Virus record (IMG/VR): IMGVR_UViG_3300037760_000038
Coordinates: 7,275-71,274 of that record
Source: a virus
Taxonomy: Duplodnaviria; Caudoviricetes
Length of the DNA stretch: 64,000 nucleotides
Direction: 5' to 3' (one strand)
Positions 1-8,429 of the stretch are shown one piece after another. Every line of letters starts with the position of its first letter. Positions within the stretch are counted from its first letter, which is position 1. The position numbers and the translations under genes were made by a program. Below the pieces are notes generated by a model that made no database searches, was not told the origin of the DNA, and worked only from the letters and a program-made list of their open reading frames with translations.

Positions 1-12
1 AGCCATAGATAC

Positions 13-42
13 TTGCGCAACAGGCAAGTCGCATGTTAAAAT
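13..42 (+). promoter_or_regulatory. sigma70/HrdB-type promoter
   Basis: TTGCGC-18nt-TAAAAT; CTTGCG-N5-GGCAAG over the -35; RBS AGAGGA before GTG at 72. Confidence 0.8.
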
Positions 43-71
43 AGTGGTACACCGATCGAGAGGAACCCATC

Positions 72-323
72 GTGGACTACCGCATCATCGCCCAGGACCT
101 GCGATTCGCCGCTGACGACGTCAGGTGCAAGGGGGACGAGCACCAGCGAGGGTGCGCAGCCGGACCTGAAGGCGAACCGGCGGACGCCATCCACACCTAC
201 GACGACATGAACTTCTGCGCGAGCCACTCGGCTTTCGACAACGTGTACGTCCCGTGCGTTGAGTGCCGCGTCATTCCAGTTCCGGCTGACGACGACTCTA
301 GGCTTTGCCCCGACTGTTCCTGA
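72..323 (+). CDS. hypothetical protein with two CxxC motifs
   Basis: own promoter, RBS and downstream hairpin; CVEC and CPDC motifs. Confidence 0.7.
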   Translation: MDYRIIAQDLRFAADDVRCKGDEHQRGCAAGPEGEPADAIHTYDDMNFCASHSAFDNVYVPCVECRVIPVPADDDSRLCPDCS

Positions 324-335
324 TCCGAGCACAGT

Positions 336-366
336 TGAGCCGCCACCCGCAGGGGGTGGCGGCTCA
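336..366. terminator. bidirectional hairpin terminator
   Basis: TGAGCCGCCACCC/GGGTGGCGGCTCA inverted repeat between convergent genes. Confidence 0.75.
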
Positions 367-378
367 GCGCTATTTCAT

Positions 379-1077
379 CTAGTCGGATTCGTTCAAGACC
401 GATCCAAGCAGTAGCCACTCATTCTTGTTCCATCGGGACCCGCAAGCCCAGCACCGGATGTGGTCAGCGAACGGGTCAGCTTTCAGCGGCGTTCCACATT
501 CCACGCCTTCATCAAGAATAGCCGGACATTTGCCGACTGGCACACGGGGGGTGGCGCTGGTCGGATCAAGGGTGAACTTGCACTCAGACACCATCCGCCG
601 CAAGTCCAGTTGAAATGCTTTGAAATCCGTTCGATGTTCTGTCGCCCAGGGCAGGTTATTCAACAACTTCTCCGCAGCCTGATCAAATCGCCCGGCTCGA
701 GTTTTGCGTGATCCGTCATCTTTGATCTGAACAGTGGTCTCGAACGGTCCCCGGAAAATCGGCACCTCAAACCCTAGCTGTCGATGCCACCGCCCGACCC
801 ACGTGATCAACGTGTCAGTCATGCCGCCCGGACCGGTCAAGTTGATGGTAGACATTCGAAGCGGCATCGCTGCTTCTGACTTAGACCCGGTTCGACCGCC
901 AGAATTTCGACCCGGTATCAACGCTTCTGCGCCTCTGCTTACGAGTTTGGTGTGCAGCCCGTTTAGGCCAGACAGCACACCCAAATCTCGCTTCGCGTCT
1001 GCCTCGCACTTTCGGCATGCCTGCCGGTGTCGTTCATCTCGGTCAAGGCTGCTTGCACATACCCGGCATCGACCCAC
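379..1077 (-). CDS. zinc-ribbon protein, possible transcription regulator
   Basis: N-terminal CxxC..CxxC; C-terminal GKCP..C..CWACG. Confidence 0.65.
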   Translation of the reverse strand: MGRCRVCASSLDRDERHRQACRKCEADAKRDLGVLSGLNGLHTKLVSRGAEALIPGRNSGGRTGSKSEAAMPLRMSTINLTGPGGMTDTLITWVGRWHRQLGFEVPIFRGPFETTVQIKDDGSRKTRAGRFDQAAEKLLNNLPWATEHRTDFKAFQLDLRRMVSECKFTLDPTSATPRVPVGKCPAILDEGVECGTPLKADPFADHIRCWACGSRWNKNEWLLLGSVLNESD

Positions 1078-1089
1078 GAGGTTGCTCCT

Positions 1090-1800
1090 TTATCTGGCTG
1101 GCGGAAACTTCAAGTCTACCACCTGCTTGACTTTCCGTACCAGCGCTTTATTTTTGCCGTCCAGATCGTCCATGGACCGCAGTACCTTGACCAGTCGATC
1201 AGACGACACCACATACGCGTCGCCGACCCTGATGAATCCGTCGTTGGCGACCTTGGTTTGATCGCAAGCAATGACCGCCACCGCCGGTATGCCCGTGTGT
1301 TCAGTCAACTTGCTGGCTTCCCACTTGACGGTTTCCAGCGCTTTGGTCTGGTCCCAAGGACCGTACATCAACTTCCCACCCGATAACCGCACCTCCGCTC
1401 GTTTGGCATGCCACGCTTTGGTGTCAACGTACACCAGCATCCGGCCGGACGGGTGAATTAGCACGTGATCAAGGTTTGCTTTGGACTTGGGGATAGACCG
1501 ATCGTGCGCCACCCCCCACCCTGTCCCCTTCAGTGCTAACAGCCGACGCGCGGTTCGGCTTTCGCCCTTGGCGCCCTGAATCCACCGATGGGCTTCGGAC
1601 GGCTTCCGGCCCATCGCAGCGGCTGTCACCCCGCCGGACACCGCCGAGGCCGCGAGAGACCCCAACGCGTGCCCGGACGCAGCCCACGTGACCACCCCGG
1701 TTGGTGCCGCTGCCAGCAGACACCAACGCCCGGTTTCCTTGATCCGCTTAACCCGTAGCTGCCGAGCTTTGCGTCTAGCGGATCGACCTGCCGTCCTCAT
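1090..1800 (-). CDS. NERD (nuclease-related) domain protein with N-terminal hydrophobic segment
   Basis: GAKGESRTARRL, HDRSIP..ANLDHVLI, DTKAW motifs; start at 1800 chosen for RBS and ATGA overlap. Confidence 0.8.
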   Translation of the reverse strand: MRTAGRSARRKARQLRVKRIKETGRWCLLAAAPTGVVTWAASGHALGSLAASAVSGGVTAAAMGRKPSEAHRWIQGAKGESRTARRLLALKGTGWGVAHDRSIPKSKANLDHVLIHPSGRMLVYVDTKAWHAKRAEVRLSGGKLMYGPWDQTKALETVKWEASKLTEHTGIPAVAVIACDQTKVANDGFIRVGDAYVVSSDRLVKVLRSMDDLDGKNKALVRKVKQVVDLKFPPAR

Positions 1801-2027
1801 CGCTTCCCTCGCTTGGTGAAATCGCAACTCGAGCAGACCAGCCATGGCGCATTCACAGCGGACGCCTTGATCTGAACTCCGGCCACAGGCGCCAGACCGA
1901 TTACGGTCATCCGATTCTCAACGCGCAGTGTGGTGTTGGAGCACTGCGGGCACGGCACGTCGGGAACCGCCACAGGCTGATCGATGTCGCCGTGCACGTA
2001 CACCGCGTGGCCGTCGCTGCTAATCAC
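1797..2027 (-). CDS. small Zn-ribbon hypothetical protein
   Basis: CPQC and CSSC; coupled to the next gene. Confidence 0.6.
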   Translation of the reverse strand: MISSDGHAVYVHGDIDQPVAVPDVPCPQCSNTTLRVENRMTVIGLAPVAGVQIKASAVNAPWLVCSSCDFTKRGKR

Positions 2028-2095
2028 GGTTTAACCTCCTAGGCCACGGGCGCCACCCCCCAAGGAGCAGCGCCCGTGATCGATCGATGTTCGTA

Positions 2096-2842
2096 TCAGG
2101 ACTCGTCGCCTGACCCGGGGTTCAGCGCACTGAGCGCAGCGGACAGGCTGGCCGCCGTGTGGTCGAACAGTTGGCCGTCCGGCATGGCATCCGGGTTGGC
2201 TCCCACGCGCAGGGTGCTCACGTTGTCCCACACGCCAGGGTCCGAGTTGTCCTCATTGAGGTCGTCCAGCTCGTCAAGGAACGACGTGTCGGGCCCCCAC
2301 CCGTGGAAGTCCCACTTGATGGGGTACCTCACCGCGTTCTGAAGCAACATGCGCGTCATGTTGCGGTCGTTCGGTGCGCCGTCCGTCTGGAACACCACGA
2401 ACGCGGGTTCGGAAGCCCCCGTGTTGAGGTAGTGGCCGATAATCCACTCGATCGGCATCGCGTAGACCGTGCCGCCCATCCGGCCGGACGACCGGTGAAG
2501 CTGATCGATAGCACCCTCGTGCTGACCGATCGTCAGATCGATCTGACCGTCGATGTTGTTGGAGAACATCACGGTCGGAACTTCTCCGTCGTCGTCCAGG
2601 TTGGAGGCCAGAGCCAGCACTCGCTCGCTGAACCGCTGTACTGCGCCTGACCGGTAGTAGTTGGCCATCGACCCCGACCGGTCGAGCACCAGGTAAACCA
2701 GCGCTCGCTGAGTGGTCGAGATGCCGTTCTTCGTCAGGCTGACCGCAGCCGTCTTGACCAGCACGACCATTCCGTCTCCGGTACCGCTGCTTGAAGTCGG
2801 AGTCGTCGTGCTGTTGTCGGTGTTTCGCTTCCAGAAGGCCAT
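2096..2842 (-). CDS. vWA domain protein (TerF-like vWA family)
   Basis: MIDAS DRSGSM, GGTVY, FQTDG; start inferred from RBS and the promoter at 2922-2951. Confidence 0.85.
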   Translation of the reverse strand: MAFWKRNTDNSTTTPTSSSGTGDGMVVLVKTAAVSLTKNGISTTQRALVYLVLDRSGSMANYYRSGAVQRFSERVLALASNLDDDGEVPTVMFSNNIDGQIDLTIGQHEGAIDQLHRSSGRMGGTVYAMPIEWIIGHYLNTGASEPAFVVFQTDGAPNDRNMTRMLLQNAVRYPIKWDFHGWGPDTSFLDELDDLNEDNSDPGVWDNVSTLRVGANPDAMPDGQLFDHTAASLSAALSALNPGSGDES

Positions 2843-2921
2843 GCCGCTCCCTGTTGGGTTGGTTCTGGCCCCACCCAGGGTATTATCGCCGGGAGGGGCC
2901 AGAGTCTTTCTTCGCTCTGCC

Positions 2922-2951
2922 ATCTTATCACGACGATTGTCCGTCAGACAA
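2922..2951 (-). promoter_or_regulatory. promoter
   Basis: TTGTCT-18-TAAGAT on the minus strand. Confidence 0.65.
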
Positions 2952-3016
2952 GTATGCGGGTTTAAACACGGATCGGCCCCCACACCCGTTCAGGTGCAGG
3001 GGCCGGTGACGTGACC

Positions 3017-3526
3017 TCAGCTGGCGTCGGCGTCGGTCTCGGCGTCCTGGGCAGCAGCAGCCTTGGCTGCCTTTGCGGCCTCGCGCTCCACCTTCTTCGC
3101 CTCGCGGATGGCCTCGCGCTCCACCTTCTTGGCCTCTCGCGCGGCCTTACGGTCCGCAGCGGAAGCGGCCTTCTCCTTGGCCGACGCGGCGCCCTTGGCG
3201 ACGTGGCTGGCGAACCCGTGCAGGTCGGCCGCGTCGAAGGCGGACATCTCGACGTCCTCGCCGTCCACGGTCCGGAGAACCGGCAGATCCTTGGCGCCCG
3301 CCTCGATCAGCAGGCTCTTGAGCTTGGCGTCGTGACCCGGAGCGAACTTGCCGCCGGTGGTGGCGGTGCAGCCGATGGCACGGGCGGTCTCGGCGTTGAG
3401 CTTGATGGCGAACTGGCTGCACGCGCACGCGGTCTTGACCTTGGCCTTGGGGGTGCGCTTGGGCTTCTCGTCCTCGGTGGCCGGGATCTCGACGTCGGTG
3501 TCGGCAGTGAGAGTGTCAGCGGTCAT
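3017..3526 (-). CDS. PGHD-family protein 1 (Ala/Lys-rich tail)
   Basis: CAC..GC..FAPGHDAKLKS; paralogs at 34.7, 60.6 and 62.6 kb. Confidence 0.8.
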   Translation of the reverse strand: MTADTLTADTDVEIPATEDEKPKRTPKAKVKTACACSQFAIKLNAETARAIGCTATTGGKFAPGHDAKLKSLLIEAGAKDLPVLRTVDGEDVEMSAFDAADLHGFASHVAKGAASAKEKAASAADRKAAREAKKVEREAIREAKKVEREAAKAAKAAAAQDAETDADAS

Positions 3527-3571
3527 GGCGGGTGTTCCTCCAACTAGTGTGGTGTGGCTGCTTATGCTTCT

Positions 3572-3600
3572 ATTTTATCATGCGCTTGTCTGACGCGCAA
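3572..3600 (-). promoter_or_regulatory. promoter
   Basis: TTGCGC-17-TAAAAT. Confidence 0.8.
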
Positions 3601-3694
3601 TACCCTGTCGAGCTGCGGGCCGTTGTGATTCTGATCTAATCACACCTGGACCCGCTGGCGCAAATCACGCTCAGCGGGTCCAGCGAACGGCCAC

Positions 3695-4072
3695 TCAGCT
3701 GACCTTGACCTTGCGCTTCCGGAGAATCCGCCTCGACAGGAACTCCATCACGCCCATGCCGTACAGGAACCCCACGCACACGGCAGGGAACACGGGAACG
3801 CCGTATCCTCGGTGGGCGACGCCCAGCCACACGCCGACCCCGACACTCAGCATCAGCGCCAGGATGATAGCCACTGCCTTGATGTTGCCGGGAGTAGGCT
3901 TGCCGTGCGCGACGAACTCCAGGTCACCGGCCGGAACAGTGCGATCCCGACCGTGCCCAACGGCAACGGCGACCTGGTACCCGCCCATCGCGGCGTGATT
4001 GGCGAACCCAACCACGGTCCCCACAACGCCGTCCTTCTTGACGCGAACCACGTCGCCAACAGCGATCTTCAT
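3695..4072 (-). CDS. SH3/KOW-like N-terminus plus 2 TM helices
   Basis: MKIAVGDVVRVK..GTVVG; hydrophobic C-half; paralog of 4069-4491. Confidence 0.7.
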   Translation of the reverse strand: MKIAVGDVVRVKKDGVVGTVVGFANHAAMGGYQVAVAVGHGRDRTVPAGDLEFVAHGKPTPGNIKAVAIILALMLSVGVGVWLGVAHRGYGVPVFPAVCVGFLYGMGVMEFLSRRILRKRKVKVS

Positions 4073-4491
4073 GACTTATCCTCCTTGTTGACCTCGAACT
4101 TGACCCTCGTCGGATCTACCAGAGCGCGCCAGGTAACGGCACCGATGCACCCGCCCGCGACCAGCGATTCCGCAATCAGGTTGCCCGAGTGAATCATAGA
4201 CGCCATGATCACAACGCCAAACAGCACGCTAATGCCGATCATGGCGTGCTGGGTGCGCTTCGAGTATTTCAGCCATGGCCGGGCCCACGCCACGTGTTCG
4301 ATGTCCTCCGGGCGCAGCGTCAGAACTCGGTTCTCGTCCAACCGAATCTTGACACCTGACCGAGTACGGGTCATGTCGTCGACGCAGCCCCATCGGCTGG
4401 TCTTCCGTGGCGTGACGCTAACCATTCCGATCACCAGACCCACCGACTTGTCCGCTTTGACGCGAACAGCGTCTCCGAGCGTTATCTTCAT
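4069..4491 (-). CDS. SH3/KOW-like N-terminus plus 2 TM helices
   Basis: MKITLGDAVRVK..GLVIG; RBS GGAGG. Confidence 0.7.
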   Translation of the reverse strand: MKITLGDAVRVKADKSVGLVIGMVSVTPRKTSRWGCVDDMTRTRSGVKIRLDENRVLTLRPEDIEHVAWARPWLKYSKRTQHAMIGISVLFGVVIMASMIHSGNLIAESLVAGGCIGAVTWRALVDPTRVKFEVNKEDKS

Positions 4492-4546
4492 TGCCTCCGC
4501 CTTTCGCGGCCGGAGCGTCTGACCGCTCCGGCCGCTGGTTGGTTTA

Positions 4547-4669
4547 CTAGTACGATCCCAGATCGCAAATGGCGCAGAACTCGCCGTTGGCCTTAGCCGG
4601 GCAGTTGGCCATGTGCTCGGCCAGAACCGCCGCGTCGTCTTCGGCCTCACGCTGCTCCTCGTCGCTCAC
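4547..4669 (-). CDS. 40-aa acidic Cys/His peptide (not in the ORF track)
   Basis: MSDEEQREAEDDAAVLAEHMANCPAKANGEFCAICDLGSY; first ORF after the 4726 promoter. Confidence 0.55.
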   Translation of the reverse strand: MSDEEQREAEDDAAVLAEHMANCPAKANGEFCAICDLGSY

Positions 4670-4725
4670 GGCGCGCCCCTTTGGATGTCGGTCCGGGGCG
4701 ACCGATGCCGCCCCTGTCTACGACA

Positions 4726-4756
4726 ATTTTACCATGGGGCTTGCGGATTGCGCAAG
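4726..4756 (-). promoter_or_regulatory. promoter with perfect operator palindrome
   Basis: TTGCGC-18-TAAAAT; CTTGCG-N5-CGCAAG at 4740-4756. Confidence 0.85.
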
Positions 4757-4761
4757 TTGTG

Positions 4762-5118
4762 TCAGGCTGCCAGCTGGTAGGCGAAGTCCCACGCGCGGAA
4801 CCCGCAGATCTCGTCGGTGTCGGCGTCGAGAATCTCCGTCGTGTCGGCCACCACGGGCGCCCGGTATGCGGCGAGCTTGCCCGCGCGGTGCAGGGTGTAC
4901 CCCGTGATGCGGTCCAGCCGGAAAGTGTGGCGGGTGGCGCTGCGCCGATCGAAGCACTCGATGGTCACGTCGCCCTTAGCGCTGACACGAACCGCGTGGA
5001 TCTCGATCGCCCGGCGGCTGACCTCACCGTTCGCCTTCATGTACCGAATGGTCACGGCGCGCTGCGCGTCCATCGCGCTGACCAGGTGGGCCATGGTGTT
5101 CGCGGTGACCTTACGCAT
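4762..5118 (-). CDS. stand-alone WYL domain protein
   Basis: VTIRY..NGEVSRRAIE..FDRR..RHTFRLDRI. Confidence 0.85.
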   Translation of the reverse strand: MRKVTANTMAHLVSAMDAQRAVTIRYMKANGEVSRRAIEIHAVRVSAKGDVTIECFDRRSATRHTFRLDRITGYTLHRAGKLAAYRAPVVADTTEILDADTDEICGFRAWDFAYQLAA

Positions 5119-5165
5119 CTCGGGCTCCTCGGGTCGGGGGCGGTGTTCCCACCCCGTCTACGACA

Positions 5166-5195
5166 ATTTTACCATACCGTTTGCCCCATGCGCAA
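5166..5195 (-). promoter_or_regulatory. promoter
   Basis: TTGCGC-18-TAAAAT with shared TTGTCGTAGACGGG leader. Confidence 0.8.
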
Positions 5196-5215
5196 GTTCC
5201 CCAAACAAAGCGAAC

Positions 5216-5242
5216 CCCGCCACCCCGCGTGGGGGTGGCGGG
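5216..5242. terminator. hairpin terminator
   Basis: CCCGCCACCCC/GGGGTGGCGGG. Confidence 0.65.
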
Positions 5243-5252
5243 TTGCGGCCGG

Positions 5253-5711
5253 TTAGTCCCGGTAAACCGTGATCGTGCAGGGCAGACCCAGAACGTCCCG
5301 ACCGTCGTCGCCCGTGATTGAGGCGTTGTCAAGACCGTCGTGGGTCAGCCGCACGTTGCTAACCGGTCCCAGGTCCTCACCACCGCTGATGGTCCAGCCG
5401 GTCAGATCGGTCTCGGACAGGTTGTCAGCGGTGAGCCGGACCTCGCGAGTGTAGGTCGGCACGTGCAGCGCGACAGCCAGCTCACGGGCGATGCTCTCCC
5501 CCTCGGCCTTACGGGCAGCCGCCACCGCCTGCGCTTTGGTTCGCTTGGTGCCGCCCGACCATGCGTACTGCGTCTGCGACATCGCGACGTACGACCGGTT
5601 CTCACCCGCAACCCAACCCCAGAACGACCCGTCGATGCAAACCTCGTAAACCTTGCCTTCGGTGATGGTCCAGTTGCGGATCTCGCTGGTGGGGGTGAAG
5701 GTGATGTTCAT
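5253..5711 (-). CDS. hypothetical protein
   Basis: RBS AAAGGGG; own promoter and terminator. Confidence 0.75.
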   Translation of the reverse strand: MNITFTPTSEIRNWTITEGKVYEVCIDGSFWGWVAGENRSYVAMSQTQYAWSGGTKRTKAQAVAAARKAEGESIARELAVALHVPTYTREVRLTADNLSETDLTGWTISGGEDLGPVSNVRLTHDGLDNASITGDDGRDVLGLPCTITVYRD

Positions 5712-5756
5712 GGGGTGCCCCTTTCGGGTTAGGGGCCGGTTGGCCCGTCTACGACA

Positions 5757-5787
5757 ATTTTACCACGTTCCTTGCGGTGCACGCAAG
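5757..5787 (-). promoter_or_regulatory. promoter with perfect operator palindrome
   Basis: TTGCGT-18-TAAAAT; palindrome at 5771-5787. Confidence 0.85.
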
Positions 5788-5850
5788 TACCATCGAGACC
5801 CGATCCCGTGGTACGCTTTTGCCTGCGCACCCTACCCACGAGGAGCAATC

Positions 5851-6318
5851 GTGAAGAACAAGCTTACCGTCCTGGTCGCCGTGTCCGCGCTGGCAGTAAC
5901 GGCCTGCGGAGCGTCTGAAGACGCGACCGCTGACAAGCCGACCGCTGCGGCTCCGGCCACCGCCACTGTTGAAGTCGAGGTTGACACCGAAGAAACGTCA
6001 GGCGTTGACGACACAACGTGGGCCGACATAGAGTCGGCGGTATCGTCGTACGTAGAGGCGTACTACGGTCATGATTACCGCGCAGCACATGAGCTACTGT
6101 CCGAGCGCTGCGCTGACGCCATCACCCCGCACGAACTGGGCGTTCACACGGGCGTGGCGAACAGCATGTTCGGTGAGCAGTCGCTCGAGACGTTCAGCGT
6201 TGACCAGCTGGTCGACAACCTCGCTCGAGTCAGCTACGGCGTCGGCATCGAGCCCGAGAACCAGACCGGCCAAATATGGGTCAACGAGCGCGACGGCTGG
6301 TTCTACGACGCGTGCTGA
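5851..6318 (+). CDS. lipoprotein
   Basis: RBS GAGGAG; signal peptide MKNKLTVLVAVSALAVTAC (lipobox). Confidence 0.8.
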   Translation: MKNKLTVLVAVSALAVTACGASEDATADKPTAAAPATATVEVEVDTEETSGVDDTTWADIESAVSSYVEAYYGHDYRAAHELLSERCADAITPHELGVHTGVANSMFGEQSLETFSVDQLVDNLARVSYGVGIEPENQTGQIWVNERDGWFYDAC

Positions 6319-6328
6319 CGTGCGCATG

Positions 6329-6370
6329 CTAAAGCCCCTGCCCCGGGCGTTCCCAGGGCGGGGGCTTTAG
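6329..6370. terminator. bidirectional terminator
   Basis: CTAAAGCCCC/GGGGCTTTAG hairpin between convergent genes. Confidence 0.75.
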
Positions 6371-6377
6371 CATGCGG

Positions 6378-6515
6378 TCAGTTCTTCGGCCACCAGGTGT
6401 TAGCGATGTCCGGTCGGACGGTCTGTCGGATGGTTTCGGCTTCCTGCTCCTCAGCGTCGACGGTTTCCGACTCGTCGCGGGTGGGCTGCTTCTCGACCTG
6501 CTCTTGCTTGGCCAC
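6378..6515 (-). CDS. 45-aa acidic peptide
   Basis: RBS GAGGAG before GTG; MAKQEQVEKQ...WWPKN. Confidence 0.55.
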   Translation of the reverse strand: MAKQEQVEKQPTRDESETVDAEEQEAETIRQTVRPDIANTWWPKN

Positions 6516-6532
6516 GTTCGGTCTCCTCGTTG

Positions 6533-6874
6533 TTACGCGCAGCGCGCGGCGGTTCCGGGCGCGGTCTCGACCCACAATGCCAAATCCGGACCGGCGGGAT
6601 TGTCCACGATCAGTGGGCTGATACCGCGCAGCCGAACTTCCAGACGAACCAGAGCCAGTGACGCCGGAGTGCTGAACGTCGGAACTTCCCGCGCCGACCG
6701 GCACCAGCCGCAGAACCCGCAACCATCGCGGTCACATCCGCTGGCCATGTCTAGCGCGACGCTTTGAGCGTCCTGCTTCAGCGCGACCGCCGCTATTCCC
6801 AGGTCGTCCAGGCAGTGAAACTCCTCGTCCTTGAGGACACCGCCCGTGTTGCTCTTGACGTGATAGTGGGTCAT
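6533..6874 (-). CDS. hypothetical Cys-containing protein
   Basis: RBS AGGAAAGG; promoter at 6903. Confidence 0.65.
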   Translation of the reverse strand: MTHYHVKSNTGGVLKDEEFHCLDDLGIAAVALKQDAQSVALDMASGCDRDGCGFCGWCRSAREVPTFSTPASLALVRLEVRLRGISPLIVDNPAGPDLALWVETAPGTAARCA

Positions 6875-6902
6875 CAACCAACCTTTCCTCGTTGCTGACT
6901 CC

Positions 6903-6932
6903 AGTTTATCATGCGATTTGTCCCGTACGCAA
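6903..6932 (-). promoter_or_regulatory. promoter
   Basis: TTGCGT-18-TAAACT. Confidence 0.75.
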
Positions 6933-6997
6933 GTACTCAGCAAACACGGATCGACCCCGCACCCGGTTTCAGGTGCGGGGTCGGCTACACCTCCGGA

Positions 6998-7168
6998 TCA
7001 GGACCGGCGGCAGTTCTTCGGGCGGACCACGATTTCTTCGCCTTCCCCGTTGCCCACGTCGACCACCACAGCGGTGGTCTTGCGGCTGACCGGGTGGCGA
7101 ACCTCGCTGACCACGGTTCCCTGCGTGCCAGTGCCAGTCATGACCTTATCGCCCTTACGAAATCCCAT
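6998..7168 (-). CDS. small SH3/KOW-like protein
   Basis: MGFRKGDKV..GTQGTVV; RBS GGAGGAG. Confidence 0.7.
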   Translation of the reverse strand: MGFRKGDKVMTGTGTQGTVVSEVRHPVSRKTTAVVVDVGNGEGEEIVVRPKNCRRS

Positions 7169-7202
7169 GATGCTCCTCCTGCGGTTCGTTGCCGTTATTA
7201 CG

Positions 7203-7299
7203 ATTGTATCACCGTCCTTGCGTACGAGGCAAGTAGCTGTCGCTGTGATCTGTGCCACACATAGTTACCTTGCATCGATCGCGTCCTGCGTGTTAAGAT
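7203..7299. promoter_or_regulatory. divergent promoter pair
   Basis: minus TTGCCT-18-TACAAT (7203-7232); plus TTGCAT-18-TAAGAT (7270-7299). Confidence 0.7.
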
Positions 7300-7330
7300 G
7301 GCAACCTTCACCACAACGAGGAGGCTGAAC

Positions 7331-7438
7331 GTGGACGAACACACATTGATGACCGATCCGCCCATGGCGCTGCTGTGGGTCGGGCTGGCGTGCATCGTTG
7401 TTGGCATGGTCCTAGTGGTAATCGCCGCGTTCGTCTGA
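7331..7438 (+). CDS. 35-aa single-TM peptide (not in the ORF track)
   Basis: RBS GAGGAGG; MDEHTLMTDPPMALLWVGLACIVVGMVLVVIAAFV; followed by a hairpin. Confidence 0.65.
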   Translation: MDEHTLMTDPPMALLWVGLACIVVGMVLVVIAAFV

Positions 7439-7485
7439 GACACACTTCGGCCCTTCACCTGCTGGGGTGAAGGGCCAAAGCTTTG

Positions 7486-7671
7486 TCAGTTGAACAGGTC
7501 GTCAGGGTCGGCGGACACCAGGACGAGAACGCCCCAATACGCCAAGAACACAACCGCCCCTATGGCCAGGCACCATCCCGCCGACACGCCGAACACCGCC
7601 AGCATGAACGCCACGAACGACGACAGCAGAACCGAGAACAGCAGGTGCGCACTATTCGACATCAGCGGCAC
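7486..7671 (-). CDS. small two-TM membrane protein
   Basis: two hydrophobic stretches. Confidence 0.6.
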   Translation of the reverse strand: MPLMSNSAHLLFSVLLSSFVAFMLAVFGVSAGWCLAIGAVVFLAYWGVLVLVSADPDDLFN

Positions 7672-7940
7672 CCGGTGTCCTCAAGTACCACCAGGTTAGA
7701 CGGATTCTTCGAGGTACTGGTGGTCACGAAGTACCGGAACCCTTTCGCGCCGTGAACACAGCCGGTGGCGACGTTGCCGAACCCGTCCGGGTTGTTGGTG
7801 ACGTGTTTGGCGCTGTCTTCGCCAGACCGGTCAGCAACCGGTGCGTCCCCCTTACCCCGCTCATCGTTGAGCTGACCGCATCCGGTCAGAACCACGATGG
7901 CCAACGCCACCGCCCCCGCAGCCTTCTTGACCTTACTCAT
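7662..7940 (-). CDS. lipoprotein
   Basis: MSKVKKAAGAVALAIVVLTGC lipobox; RBS GAGGAGG. Confidence 0.8.
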   Translation of the reverse strand: MSKVKKAAGAVALAIVVLTGCGQLNDERGKGDAPVADRSGEDSAKHVTNNPDGFGNVATGCVHGAKGFRYFVTTSTSKNPSNLVVLEDTGCR

Positions 7941-7991
7941 GTGACCTCCTCAGCAGGGGGTGGCGAACCCACCCCCTGCTCGCCGTTGTTG

Positions 7992-8216
7992 TTATCGACC
8001 GCCGCAGCCCGAATGACCGCAGCCGCCGCAGAACCCGCCCGAGTTGCACGCACACGGGCACTTGCCGTTGTTGGCGCGCATCCGCTCGATCTTACGAACA
8101 GCCGTCTTACGGCCGTTGACCGCTGTACCGTCGGTGAAGTTGTACAACTTCGACCGGCCAGTGGGGTTGCTTACGAACGTCGTTTCGGGCGCAGTGCTCG
8201 GGTTAATGTCAGACAC
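7992..8216 (-). CDS. small protein with Cys/Gly-rich C-terminus
   Basis: CPCACNSGGFCGGCGHSGCGGR; RBS GAGGAGG. Confidence 0.7.
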   Translation of the reverse strand: MSDINPSTAPETTFVSNPTGRSKLYNFTDGTAVNGRKTAVRKIERMRANNGKCPCACNSGGFCGGCGHSGCGGR

Positions 8217-8259
8217 TAAGTCCTCCTCGTGCTGGGGGCGGATTACCCCGTACGCGACA

Positions 8260-8289
8260 ATCTTATCACACGAGTTGCCCCTCGCGCAA
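8260..8289 (-). promoter_or_regulatory. promoter
   Basis: TTGCGC-18-TAAGAT. Confidence 0.75.
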
Positions 8290-8387
8290 GTTAGCTGGCT
8301 GCGATGCTCCGTGGCTCTCCCGCGACCTCGTAGCTGTCCGGGGTGCCCCGGTACCGGCTGGCTGCCGGAAGGCTGCGGAAGATACGG

Positions 8388-8424
8388 CGGAGCCCCTTCC
8401 CGCCAGTAGCGGGAAGGGGCTCCG
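8388..8424. terminator. hairpin terminator
   Basis: CGGAGCCCCTTCCCGC/GCGGGAAGGGGCTCCG perfect inverted repeat. Confidence 0.75.
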
Positions 8425-8429
8425 GGCGC

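Noticed and set aside
2096-2983. longer 295-aa start for the vWA gene (also the extended starts given for the helicase, HNH, lysin, 35813 and 62570 ORFs)
   Set aside because: The upstream extensions run through promoter elements and lack an RBS; downstream starts have clear Shine-Dalgarno sequences or leaderless geometry.
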